NCBI GenBank assembly: GCA_027460535.1
Contig: JAPZAR010000020.1
Span: forward strand, 1-32,000
Direction of reading: 5' to 3'
Length of the DNA: 32,000 nt
DNA from: Candidatus Methanoperedens sp.
GTDB lineage: Archaea; Halobacteriota; Methanosarcinia; Methanosarcinales; Methanoperedenaceae
The position numbers were made by a program, and so were the translations under genes. The notes below the pieces were generated by a model that made no database searches, had not been told where the DNA came from, and was given only the letters and a program-made list of their open reading frames with translations. Of the stretch, positions 16,533 through 26,300 are shown one piece after another; the stretch's first letter is position 1, and each line of letters opens with the position of its first letter.

Positions 16533-16564
16533 GAATGCAATATCATGCTCGTAGCATTCTTTTT
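16533..16564 (+). terminator. Hairpin plus T5 tract downstream of mutS
   Basis: gaatgc (16533-16538) pairs with gcattc (16554-16559) and is followed directly by ttttt (16560-16564), 7 nt after the mutS stop. Confidence 0.45.
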
Positions 16565-16662
16565 CGTACGGTAACTTAAATTCAACAAGCTCAACAGAAA
16601 AATAGGTCGCGGTTATTTTGAAAATTGTTTTAATTAATAATAGCTTTTCCAGCCCTCGCATA

Positions 16663-17718
16663 TCAATTCATATTTCTATCCATATTTCTAATATAAATAT
16701 ACAACGGAAGGGCAATAAACGCGTATAACCCGAAAAAAACAAGTACATCCGAACCTGCGGCGCCGCTTGATAATCTGGTCACAAGATTAAAAGGCGAATT
16801 TGCGAAGAGATATCCGCCCATGAACAGCAGTATGAGAATAAGGGAATATACATACTGCGAAATGATCCGTTCCCTGTATCTGACAGCAACAATTGCCCCG
16901 ACAAGGACGATCACAGAAGCGACTATCCCTGCCAGCAGCAGTATTAACCAGGTGTTATGAACTTCAATATGGTTAAACCGCAGGAGTGCGAGCCATAAGA
17001 AAGCCTGCAAAGGGACGATCATCACTGCGGTTATCATTTTACCGTAGATTATTTCCAAAAAAGAAACCGGGGATACCAGCAGTAGATCCATTGTCTTACG
17101 CTCATATTCCTCGGTTATCATATCAATTATCAGGCCGCCAGAAATGAAAACAGGGGTAAATACAAGGAGCGGGATAAGTATGCCGTAAATAAACTCAAAA
17201 TAGGTCGAAGTTTTCTTGGGAACGTCATCGACATATAATCGTATCGGCTCAAAACCTGTCCTTGGATTTCTTGCATCCCTCACATACGTTTCAAAATCCT
17301 CAAGGGGTTTCTTGAGCGCAAGGGTAACAAGAGTCCCTTTTATGTCTGATTTCGGCAGGTATAGCACCAGCTGGATGATCTCGTTACCATCCGGGCTGAC
17401 GGCAGGGACAACAAGAACGGCGTCGATCTTGTTATTGTTAAAATCCGCGAGCGCTGATGGAAGGTCGATGTAATAGTGCGGAGCCACCTGGCTTTTTCCA
17501 ATGAACTGTTTTAAATCCCCTCCGCCCACAATTCCCACTTTTGCTCTCGGAGCATCGTATTTATCAAGGGCTGAAGGATCAAAGAAGGATGCGAGGCCTA
17601 TAACGAGCAGGGAAGAAAAAGATGCGAGCATCAACTGTATAATGATTGCAAGGATGAGTGTCTTCTCGCTGAGGAGCGATTTCATCTCTTTTTGCGCAAC
17701 TGCCGTGACATTACCCAA
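16663..17718 (-). CDS. ABC-2-type transporter permease-like membrane protein
   Basis: 351 aa. It has an N-terminal TM, an extracytoplasmic domain of about 130 aa, then 5-6 TM helices. The start overlaps the upstream gene by 8 nt. There is no adjacent ATPase gene on this strand. Confidence 0.7.
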   Translation of the reverse strand: MGNVTAVAQKEMKSLLSEKTLILAIIIQLMLASFSSLLVIGLASFFDPSALDKYDAPRAKVGIVGGGDLKQFIGKSQVAPHYYIDLPSALADFNNNKIDAVLVVPAVSPDGNEIIQLVLYLPKSDIKGTLVTLALKKPLEDFETYVRDARNPRTGFEPIRLYVDDVPKKTSTYFEFIYGILIPLLVFTPVFISGGLIIDMITEEYERKTMDLLLVSPVSFLEIIYGKMITAVMIVPLQAFLWLALLRFNHIEVHNTWLILLLAGIVASVIVLVGAIVAVRYRERIISQYVYSLILILLFMGGYLFANSPFNLVTRLSSGAAGSDVLVFFGLYAFIALPLYIYIRNMDRNMN

Positions 17719-19444
17719 ACAGGACCCCCCTTACCAGATACAGGTTATATAAAGAATGTATGATCGATGCAAGGATGATCGAAAAAAGGTAGTTCCCGGT
17801 AGTTTTCAGGGATAACGAGGCGATCGTGGTACTGGTAACATGCAACAGTAGTGGTAATATTAGAAGGCCGATACCCATCACGGACCCGAAGACCGAGCCC
17901 CCAATGCTGGCGATAACGACAAGCAGTAAGACTTTTTCACCGATGAAAAATCCTGCACCTGAAAGAAGCCCGAATGCAAAGGCATTGCGCGTTGTGGCGG
18001 GCTTTATTTTTCTTGAAAAAACAGTGTAGATCCCGACCGATTTCACCACTTCTTCTATCAACGCAGCCAGAGCGATGAAAATTATTATTCCTGTGCGTAT
18101 GGGAAGGTTGAACATCAGGACGATAAGCATCAGTTGTATCGAGAACACAAGGGGCAAAAGCGCGATGCTCAAAAAGAAAAGCGGTGCAGGCACCCGATCA
18201 ATGAATACCTGGACAGAGTCAAGAAGTTTGCTCTTTATAGGCTTCTGGGTGAAAAGGTCCTCCTCGCGGTAGATGAATATCCCGAACATGAATATCAGGA
18301 TAGAAACAAGATAAAAAGGTATGGTCGAGAACAGGTAGTCACTTGCTGAAACCGTTTCATTTTCCAGGAGTCTGACCACAAGGGTCATCGGTGATATGAT
18401 GCTGATGGCATGGATATTGGCGAACATCGCGGGGAGGAAAATATAACCTGAGAGAATGACTGAGAGGAATACGAGGATAAAAGTAAGCTCTTTGAAACTG
18501 CGCGCGATTATCGCTCCCAGGAAAGCCGTTGAAAGGAAAAGAAGGGATACCGGGAGCAAGAGAACTACTATCCATGCATTCCCCCCCATGTAGAACGATA
18601 TGGCAGACATTAAAGCCAGGGTTACGAGGAGATATGGGAGAAGTTTACCTAATACTATCTCATATGGTCTTGCAGGGGAAACGAGTAAAAGTTCACCTTT
18701 TCGCTTCACCCTTTCTTCCATTATGCTTCCTGAATAAAGCTGGGCCACGAAGTACATGGGGAAGATAAAGAGAAAACTCAGTACAACGGATTTGAAAGGG
18801 ATGGGCGGATTGAAATGCGAAGGAGTTGCAAGAGCCTGTTCTCTTATCGGGCTCTTTTGTGTATTGGCGACTTCTTTTATGGAAGGGATTGTATCTTTCC
18901 GGGTTTGTTCGGGGGTTTTTTCTGGGGTTGCGGGATTTTCTGTTTTGTCCGGGGATGCGGTGTCAGGCAATTTCTGAAGCGAAATAGGCGCAAATATCCG
19001 CTCCCTTTCAAGATTCTTTATTGTTATCCATACGGGAAAGGTGTCGTTCAGATCGTTGTATGAAAGAAGCCTGGCTTCATCGTATCTCAGAATGGCTTTA
19101 TCAAGGGCATCCAATGCCGAAATAGATTTTTCAGAATTCGTGTGGGTTACCTTATTTCCGGATATCAGTATGTCAAAGCCGCCCATTTCAAACAGTCCTT
19201 TTGCCACTGGTTCTTCTGCAATATAGACCTCGAATTTATCATCGGTCTTCAGCACGGATGCCAGGGAAGGGTCTGTGACCACGACTTTATAGATATTATC
19301 GTTCAGGTGGAGCCCCTCTTGTGAAACATTAAAGGAGACCGCCGCGATTAGAATTATCAGGCAGGCTGAAAGAATAATCGTTTTTTTACCGAAGCCCAAC
19401 CTCGTCCGTCTCAGTTCCCATTTCGAGATCGCCAATAAACCCAT
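17711..19444 (-). CDS. Fusion membrane protein: ABC-2 permease-like N-terminal part plus a CPBP (CAAX/Abi) intramembrane protease-like C-terminal part
   Basis: 577 aa. The N-terminal topology resembles the neighbouring gene: TM1, a large loop, then about 6 TMs. The C-terminal roughly 140 aa carries CPBP-like motifs (LIEEVVKS resembling EExxxR; IIHSLYNL resembling HxxxN). The motif match is imperfect, with Lys in place of Arg. Confidence 0.6.
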   Translation of the reverse strand: MGLLAISKWELRRTRLGFGKKTIILSACLIILIAAVSFNVSQEGLHLNDNIYKVVVTDPSLASVLKTDDKFEVYIAEEPVAKGLFEMGGFDILISGNKVTHTNSEKSISALDALDKAILRYDEARLLSYNDLNDTFPVWITIKNLERERIFAPISLQKLPDTASPDKTENPATPEKTPEQTRKDTIPSIKEVANTQKSPIREQALATPSHFNPPIPFKSVVLSFLFIFPMYFVAQLYSGSIMEERVKRKGELLLVSPARPYEIVLGKLLPYLLVTLALMSAISFYMGGNAWIVVLLLPVSLLFLSTAFLGAIIARSFKELTFILVFLSVILSGYIFLPAMFANIHAISIISPMTLVVRLLENETVSASDYLFSTIPFYLVSILIFMFGIFIYREEDLFTQKPIKSKLLDSVQVFIDRVPAPLFFLSIALLPLVFSIQLMLIVLMFNLPIRTGIIIFIALAALIEEVVKSVGIYTVFSRKIKPATTRNAFAFGLLSGAGFFIGEKVLLLVVIASIGGSVFGSVMGIGLLILPLLLHVTSTTIASLSLKTTGNYLFSIILASIIHSLYNLYLVRGVLFG

Positions 19445-19820
19445 CGCATTTATATTACTGTTTGATTAAATAATAGTTTCTATATCTAGATAGAAAATTA
19501 TAGGGTATCGACCGCCATTCTGAAGAAGGATGTGTTAGCGTGGATGGCCTTGAATTTCCGCCCGATTAGCTTTTTCCAGCAAAGCCTTTGCCTGTTGCGG
19601 AAGGCATAACGAATCCTCAGTAACTTCCCAAAAAGATTTTTGCAAAAATAGGATTGATGAATATGGCCAAGATTCAGTAATAATCGGCTGATAAACAGTA
19701 CTGTTCAGGCAATCAAAAACTATATATCACAAGGTGGCCTAGGAGTTAATGGATGAGTGGCTGGATTTGAGAATTCTATCACTAATTATCGTTTTGAGAT
19801 TGATGGAGGAGTGTAAAAAT

Positions 19821-20082
19821 ATGGAAAATCAAAGACTTGGAATGCTCCCGGATTATCCAGATTTTCGGGACTATACATTCGAAAATAGGGAATTACTTGA
19901 AAAAGAAGAGGTTTACAACCTTATTTCACCGATTGGGTCGGAAAAAATCGATTTAACGACTTTGCCACAGTGCGCAGATCCCAGGTTGGCTGCCTTACGA
20001 TTATGTACTGAAAGAGGCGGCAGCAGATTTCTGGTCCCTACTCCAGCGGGTGGATATGGAGCGTTCAGGATCTACTAGTTAA
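19821..20082 (+). pseudogene. Papain-like (C1) cysteine peptidase relic with the catalytic core deleted
   Basis: From ATG 19821 (GGAGGA 10 nt upstream) the sequence reads MENQRLGMLPDYPDFRDYTF...LPQCADPR. This resembles the N-terminus of prokaryotic C1 peptidases (G..PD.PD.RDY....LP..vDLR). From about 19985 the +1 frame reads IPGWLPYDYVLKEAAADFWSLL, resembling the C1 C-terminus. No Gln/Cys/His/Asn catalytic segments are present in any frame between them. Confidence 0.5.
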
Positions 20083-20092
20083 GGAATAGATC

Positions 20093-21349
20093 ATGGCAAC
20101 GAAAAAATGGACAGTTCTGGTATACCTCGCAGGTGATAACAACCTCGATGAGGATGGAGCAAGAGATCTTGCAGAAATGGCAAAAATAGGGTCTAATGAC
20201 AATATAAACGTAGTTGCCCAGTTTGACAGGGCAGGCAAAACTGGAACACAAAGGTTCTACATCACTAAAGGCGGCGGATACCCAAAAGACAGCATTGCAG
20301 ACCTCGGTGAAACCAACACAGGCGATCCCAAAGTACTGATAGATTTCTTGAAATGGGGCATCACGGCATATCCGGCTGAACATTACATGGCAGTACTCTG
20401 GAACCATGGTAGTGGATGGAACGAGGACGACGTCTATGACAGGGCGGTAAAGGTTAGTCCTGAGAAAGAAAAATTCCCGCTGATGGCAAAGAGGGCTTTC
20501 CGTGATAAAAGGATAAAGAAGGTGATGTTCAGCACCACAATGGATGAAATATTGAGCCAGCCGGCAGCATTAAGAGGCATCCTTTATGATGACGAATCAA
20601 AGGACTTCCTTGACAATGCTGAAATGAAGAACGTACTCATCGAAGCTGCAAAACTGACCCCTAACAAGCGTTTCGATATAATAGGTTTTGATGCCTGCCT
20701 GATGAATACGGTAGAAGTGGCTTACCAGCTTAAAGATACAGCAAAGGTAATTGTTGGATCAGAAGAAACAGAACCAGACGCAGGGTGGCCATACGACAGT
20801 GTTCTTGGTGCCCTTGCTGCAAATCCTTCCATGAGCCCGCAGGAATTTGGCAAGGCAATAGTGGATCTGTATATAAGATCCTACGATAAAGGCGTTAACA
20901 GCGAACCTGTAACAATGGCAGCTGTCAATCTCGATAAGATATCTGCTCTGATATCAACTATAGATAAATGTGCTGTTGCTCTTAAAAAGAATATTGCGGC
21001 CCAAGATACGTTCAATGATATAATGCTCTGTTCTGAAAATGTACAGAAGTTTTATTATCGAACATATAAGGATATTTTCGACTTTGCAAAACTAATCAAG
21101 GAAAAGTCAAAAGTTAAAGAGATACAGGACACATGTGCAGGTGTAATGGAAGCATTGAAACCTTCAGACAATAGTTACGTAATAGCTTCAATGTCTCTCA
21201 CCACAAATATGGCGAATGCCCATGGTGTCTCTGTATATTTCCCTGGACGCGAAAGCTACACCAAGTATTACGACAGGCTTGACTTTGCAAGAAAGAGCAA
21301 GTGGGATGAATTCATAAAAGCATACCAGAAAGCGTATGATACGTATTAG
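20093..21349 (+). CDS. Clostripain-family (C11, clan CD) cysteine peptidase with no signal peptide
   Basis: KWTVLVYLAGDNNLDEDG at the N-terminus. The catalytic His context is AVLWNHGSGW and the catalytic Cys context is IIGFDACLMNTVEVAYQL. These are the characteristic C11 motifs. Confidence 0.9.
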   Translation: MATKKWTVLVYLAGDNNLDEDGARDLAEMAKIGSNDNINVVAQFDRAGKTGTQRFYITKGGGYPKDSIADLGETNTGDPKVLIDFLKWGITAYPAEHYMAVLWNHGSGWNEDDVYDRAVKVSPEKEKFPLMAKRAFRDKRIKKVMFSTTMDEILSQPAALRGILYDDESKDFLDNAEMKNVLIEAAKLTPNKRFDIIGFDACLMNTVEVAYQLKDTAKVIVGSEETEPDAGWPYDSVLGALAANPSMSPQEFGKAIVDLYIRSYDKGVNSEPVTMAAVNLDKISALISTIDKCAVALKKNIAAQDTFNDIMLCSENVQKFYYRTYKDIFDFAKLIKEKSKVKEIQDTCAGVMEALKPSDNSYVIASMSLTTNMANAHGVSVYFPGRESYTKYYDRLDFARKSKWDEFIKAYQKAYDTY

Positions 21350-21398
21350 GATCAGTGGTTATCTTACCACTATTTTTACTAAAGGATGGTGAAAAAAA

Positions 21399-21644
21399 AT
21401 GGAATTATACTTTTATCCTGAAAAAACAGAAGAAATGGCAAAAGCCCTTAAGGTGGCGAAAAGAGAAGAAGAATCTCTATATAAGCTGACAGAGTTAGTA
21501 AAAAAAATACAGGATGATTTAGAGGGATCTAAATTGCCTAAATGGGAAGTATCTCTAAAAGGGTATATCGAGGTATCTTCAGGAGGATTATTACCCGGTG
21601 GAAAAACCGGGTTCGAAGCTACGATAAAAATATCAAGCCCCTGA
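21399..21644 (+). CDS. Small hypothetical protein (helix plus Gly-rich beta-hairpin), possible partner of the C11 peptidase
   Basis: 81-aa ORF 49 nt downstream of the C11 gene on the same strand, with GGTGA 8 nt upstream of the ATG. No family was confidently recognised. Confidence 0.5.
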   Translation: MELYFYPEKTEEMAKALKVAKREEESLYKLTELVKKIQDDLEGSKLPKWEVSLKGYIEVSSGGLLPGGKTGFEATIKISSP

Positions 21645-21829
21645 ATATCATCTTTTAAACGCTTCATTTTTAAGGGCATTTTCTGACATCGAGATCATGC
21701 GATGCTATTCCACCGAAGGACTCAACGCCTTGTTACTTATGGCCTTAAGCGATGCTTGTCCGATGGAACTATCACGAAGAATATATATAATAATAGGTAA
21801 AGTATTATTGAAAATGGCATTATGAGAAA

Positions 21830-23089
21830 GTGTGTGGTGTGAAACGAATAATAATATGGCTGCTTGCCATGCTGGTAATTGTTAGTGCTCCAGGCATGGC
21901 TGCTCCGGACCTTTCGAATTCAGGTGGAGGAAGCTGGCAGTATTACAGAGATGTAAATATCAGTGAAAAATCTGGTTCCACTCTGACTGATTATCAGATA
22001 CATTTACAGCTTTCAAGCAACAATTTCACCAACGGTGCACAAATCTACGGTGAAGACATAAGGTTCATGGATGCGAAAGGGAATGAATTGAGTTACTGGA
22101 TTGAGTATTGGGATGCCATTGCAGGAAGCGCAAGAATGTGGGTGAAAGTGAACATACCGCAGAGAGGAAGCACGGGTATTCGAATGTATTATGGAAATCC
22201 TAATGCGAGCAGCTCAAGCAATGGCAGCAGGACTTTTATATTTTTTGATGATTTCCAGAATAACGATCTTGCTGCGAACTGGGAAATATATACGATAAGG
22301 TATAATATTTCATCAGAAGGCCTCAAAACATCGCAAAACTTTTCGGAAAACAGCCTGAATGTTAGTGAATTTGAGGGGCAGCAGATAATATCTGGAAGTA
22401 CTTTGAGAAATTCTGATTATGAATACGGCAAAGGATTAAGGACAGTAAAAAGCTTTACACCGCCGTTGATCTATGAGATAGACCGCATCTCAATAAATCC
22501 ATTGGGGGATGGAGTGCTGGGATTCATCCATTTATATCAGGACGACAATAACTGGTATAGTTATGGCGGTGGAATTAACAGGAAAAATGAGGAACACAAA
22601 ATATTCAGAGTGTCCAAAATATCAAGAGTCCCGCTTGAAACATTCAGCGATGATGTTGGAGACATAGATGATTATGGTTTCCATGTATTCAGGATCGTGC
22701 ATGACGGAACAAACGTTAAGTTCTATATGGATAATGTTCTTGAAGTCTCAGAGAATGTTTCAACTTTAAATAATCTGAAAATAGGAACATCTTCCTGGTT
22801 AAAGACAGATGTTTCAACTATTAAAGTAGTATTTGATAATGCAAGAGTCCGCAAATATGCCACCCAGGAACCGACCATAGAAGTCGGGCCTGCCATACCA
22901 ATTGCAACTCCAACTCCACTTCCCACCACACCTCCGACTCCGCTTCCCACCACGCCTCCGACTCCGCTTCCCACCATATCTCCGACTACCACCCCAATTA
23001 TAGACCCTGCAGTTGCGACCATAGTTACAGCATTAATTGGAGCAATAGCTTCAATCATTGTAGCTGTTTTAGCGCTAAAGAAAAAATAG
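21830..23089 (+). CDS. DUF2341 domain surface protein with a LamG/concanavalin-like region, a Pro/Thr linker and a C-terminal TM anchor
   Basis: The DUF2341 pattern is present: WQYYRDVNISE...LTDYQIHLQL...GEDIRFMDAKGNELSYWIEYWD...ARMWVKVNIP...IRMYYGNPNA. The PT linker is TPTPLPTTPPTPLPTTPPTPLPT. The C-terminal helix AVATIVTALIGAIASIIVAVLALKKK follows. The start is GTG 21830, or more likely GTG 21839 (MKRIIIWLLAML...). Confidence 0.85.
   Translation: MCGVKRIIIWLLAMLVIVSAPGMAAPDLSNSGGGSWQYYRDVNISEKSGSTLTDYQIHLQLSSNNFTNGAQIYGEDIRFMDAKGNELSYWIEYWDAIAGSARMWVKVNIPQRGSTGIRMYYGNPNASSSSNGSRTFIFFDDFQNNDLAANWEIYTIRYNISSEGLKTSQNFSENSLNVSEFEGQQIISGSTLRNSDYEYGKGLRTVKSFTPPLIYEIDRISINPLGDGVLGFIHLYQDDNNWYSYGGGINRKNEEHKIFRVSKISRVPLETFSDDVGDIDDYGFHVFRIVHDGTNVKFYMDNVLEVSENVSTLNNLKIGTSSWLKTDVSTIKVVFDNARVRKYATQEPTIEVGPAIPIATPTPLPTTPPTPLPTTPPTPLPTISPTTTPIIDPAVATIVTALIGAIASIIVAVLALKKK
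22907..22990 (+). repeat. 24-nt coding tandem repeat (3 copies plus a partial) encoding the TPPTPLPT linker
   Basis: Copies lie at 22907-22930, 22931-22954 and 22955-22978, with a partial copy at 22979-22990. Copies 2 and 3 differ at 2 of 24 nt. Confidence 0.8.
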
Positions 23090-23310
23090 AAACGTTGAGA
23101 AAATGCGACAATCTTCCTCTGGATTTGTGTTCCAGCTTATTATTCCTTGAAAGATGGTTTGGTTCCCTACTTGTGGGCAAAGGCTATTCCTTTTGAAGTG
23201 AACCAACCTGCAGCCAAAAAAACAAGACCCTGCGCGGGAGTGGAGATGCGAGCAAAACTCGCAGAGGCTGTAAAGAAATACAAATATGTTGTGGCGTAAC
23301 AAGACTCAAA

Positions 23311-26300
23311 TTAAAGAGTAATCGCAAATTCAAGCTCTTTCTCCCCGGCCAGGTTCTTTCTCAATATCCTGACTTTTATAGTATCACCTTCCTTTTTATC
23401 AAACATAGAGATCTTTACATCCTCTATGCCCTCGATTTTCCAGTCATCAATGGAGATGAAGATATCATCTTTTTTGAGCCCTGCTTTCTCTGCGACGCTA
23501 TCATTTTCGACATCGACTATTCTGACCCTGCCATCTGCTTCCGTGAGGAAAATCCCAATCTGCACGGCAGGTAGCGGCGGTATGGGTTTCGGGAAAAGCA
23601 CAAAATTCCCCACATCTTCATCAGTGCTCTCCGAACCCTGTATCAATGTTGCATAATCTTTACCGTTTAGCCTGAATGCGCGTTTCGGGATACCCGAACC
23701 ATACATAATATGTCCGGAACCGGCAAGTACAACAATCTGGTAATCCGGGTTCTGTTTCAGGAATTCATCCACTGAATGAGCCATGGTTTCATCCCAGAGT
23801 ATCTGGGACTGGTAGAAATAGTTAAAGTTTCCGAACCCTTGATCTCCATGCTGGTCGAAAATCTCTTTAAGACTTTTTTTGTAATCCTCATCCGACATAT
23901 CCATATCCTTGGGGATTTGTTTTTTTTCCTCATCAGTCAGGACGTCAAGACCGCCTTTTGTAACATTTTCAATGATCTCTGACCGAAGATTAAGGGCTAC
24001 TACAGGGATATTCTTTGCTTTTGCAAAATTAATAATCTCCCTGTAAAGATTATAATCATATCCCCACCTCTTGAAATACTGGGTTTGTTTCAAAAATTCC
24101 TTTTCAGTTATATTTCCGGCGATATAATCATCTATAGCCTTCTGGAACGGTTTCTGGAACATCTCCATGCCAATGGCAAACTTATGTCCCTTCTCAGAGA
24201 GGTTCATAATAATCGAAAGCTGCACCTTATGTTCTTCATAACTGTCATGTGTTTCTCCGATATAGATAATAGTCTTGTCAGAAATATTGCGGACGATCTC
24301 ATCGAGTTTAATTGTCTTTTGAGGCTGGATCCCCAGCACGGGCTCGTATAAACTAAGCCTTATCCCATTTTCGGTTCCATCTGTTTTATTCTCTACATTC
24401 TTACCTTTTTCAAACCTTATAAGAGAATATTGCCCGTAGTGAAATATCTTTCTTGACGCAAGGTCAACCTCCTCTTTTGAATCTCCCTCGGCAACAGCTA
24501 TCACCTTTGAAGTGTTCAGGGGATTTTCAGCTACGGCAAGGCTGAATCCCGGCCCTGGCATTTTCCATCCGCCGAAGAGCCTCTTAAGAATCGGGCTGTC
24601 AGAACCTAACACGAGAATGGAAGATGCTGTTATATCTTCATCTTTAATTTCCTTTTCTTCCTTTGCGATAAAACCCTCACCTTTGAAAACGTTTATTAAA
24701 TCCTCATATTTTTCTTTATCTTTTTCAGGGATAACGATGAGCCTTTTTTCATCTCCCAGGAGCCTTGATATAACAGGCGGGGTTTCTTTTTCCGAAAGTC
24801 TGCGCATTAAGTCGTAGTCGCCGTCAAAAACCATTTCTTGAGGGGTCCCGTTTGAAGGGACCTCAAACGTCTCATTTTCCTTTCTTATTTCCAGTATCTT
24901 TGTGACTTCACCTTTATCTGTATTTATCTTGAGCGGTAGATTGAATTCATACGGCTCACCTTCCTGGATAACCTTAAAAGATGTTGTTGGGACGCCATCC
25001 AGGACGACCACTCTCTGGTCTTCTACATTGATTGATATCGCCCCTTTTCTGTAAAGCCACTGGTTGAAAAACCGCTCCAGGTTCCTGCCTGAGGCGTTTT
25101 CAAAGGCTATTTTCACATCATCCCATGTTGCGTCCTGAGATGCCTTTTCTTTGATAAGTCCCCTTAATCCCCTGTAGAATGCATCGTCTCCTATCTCGTT
25201 ATTAAGCATATGGAATAACATTGTCCCCTTTCCATAGCCAATTGCCTCGGATGCGAAATCCGTCCTCTGGAAGAAATCTGCAAGTTTAGTCTCTTTATCA
25301 GGTTTAACATAGCTCTGATAATCGATGAGGAGTTTCTTCCTGTACTGCTCACCCTCGCCTTTCTGTTTTTCATAAAGATAGTCGGACTGGTAAGTAGTCA
25401 GCCCCTCTATCCAGTTTCCTTTTTCAAAGTCATCGTAAACGTAATTTCCAAACCACTGGTGCAGGATCTCATGTCCCAGGGATGTATTGACAATGAATGG
25501 AAGACGTATGACATCCCTGCCCAGGAGTGTAAATGTGGGCATTGAATACCCTGTGGGAAGAACGTTCTCAACGACGGAAAACCGTTTGTACGGGTAAGGG
25601 CCTATAAGCTCCTCATACATCTTCATGTATTTCTTTGTATATTCGATGTAAGTATCTGCTCGTGAGATGTCTTCAAGATATCCAATAATGTCATGTGAGA
25701 TGTTGCCAGGGAAAAAATATACATAAATGTCTACACCATGATATGTTTCTTTCCGTATCATGTATTTGCCTGCAACAAGGTTTATTTTATGCAGAGGGTA
25801 AGGAAAGTTGGAGGTATATTCCATACCCCGCGATGTATTCTCAGCAGTAATCCCATCCGCCTCGGAGACTGCACTAAAACCTTCCGGAAGGAGCGCCTTC
25901 AAATGATAATATGCTAAGTTGTCTATACGTGGATACCATATTCCTGTCAGGGATATTCCCTCATCACTGATAATATCATTTGAGACTACGCCGGCATTTT
26001 GAAGATTTTCATTTGCATTTACTTCCCCAGGCTTATATTCGAAAAATACTTCAAGAGTGCCTTTGCCTTTTACCTTGAATATCCCCTCTTTGATCTGAGG
26101 CTCCAGAGGCAATCCGTTTAGCATTACAGAGGTGATTTTGAGGTTTCCGGTAGAAATGTTCATCTCCCTGTTTTCTGAAAGGGTAGTCGTTGAGACGCCT
26201 TTGAGAAGATTTTTTGAAATATCGAACGAGACAGAGAGGTTGCAAAACGGAAGGTTTTCCGCTGCCGCTACATTGGATATGAAAACTCCACTCACGAGAA

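Noticed and set aside
11679-16594. Antisense ORFs within the ABC ATPase, ABC permease and mutS genes (for example 11679-11981, 11794-12195, 12941-13396, 14477-14800, 15008-15749, 16262-16594)
   Set aside because: These are shadow ORFs opposite genes with unambiguous Walker/MutS motifs, and none has motifs of its own.
17216-19324. Plus-strand ORFs of 60-85 aa across the two minus-strand permease genes
   Set aside because: They are embedded antisense in long, hydrophobic, well-formed membrane-protein ORFs. They are Ser/Arg/Gly-rich, the composition typical of antisense translation.
19749-19820. The first 24 codons of the 109-aa ORF (MDEWLDLRILSLIIVLRLMEECKN)
   Set aside because: The GGAGGA at 19805-19810 is positioned for the ATG at 19821, and the C1-peptidase-like similarity only begins after that ATG. 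The whole locus is in any case interpreted as a relic.
23075-23302. A 75-aa minus-strand ORF in the convergent spacer between the DUF2341 gene and the M1-ChaN-PDZ gene
   Set aside because: It has Cys/Phe-rich odd composition, no RBS and no motif. It overlaps the 3' end of the DUF2341 gene. The spacer more plausibly holds terminators, for example the hairpin tgcgag-caaaa-ctcgca near 23247-23263.
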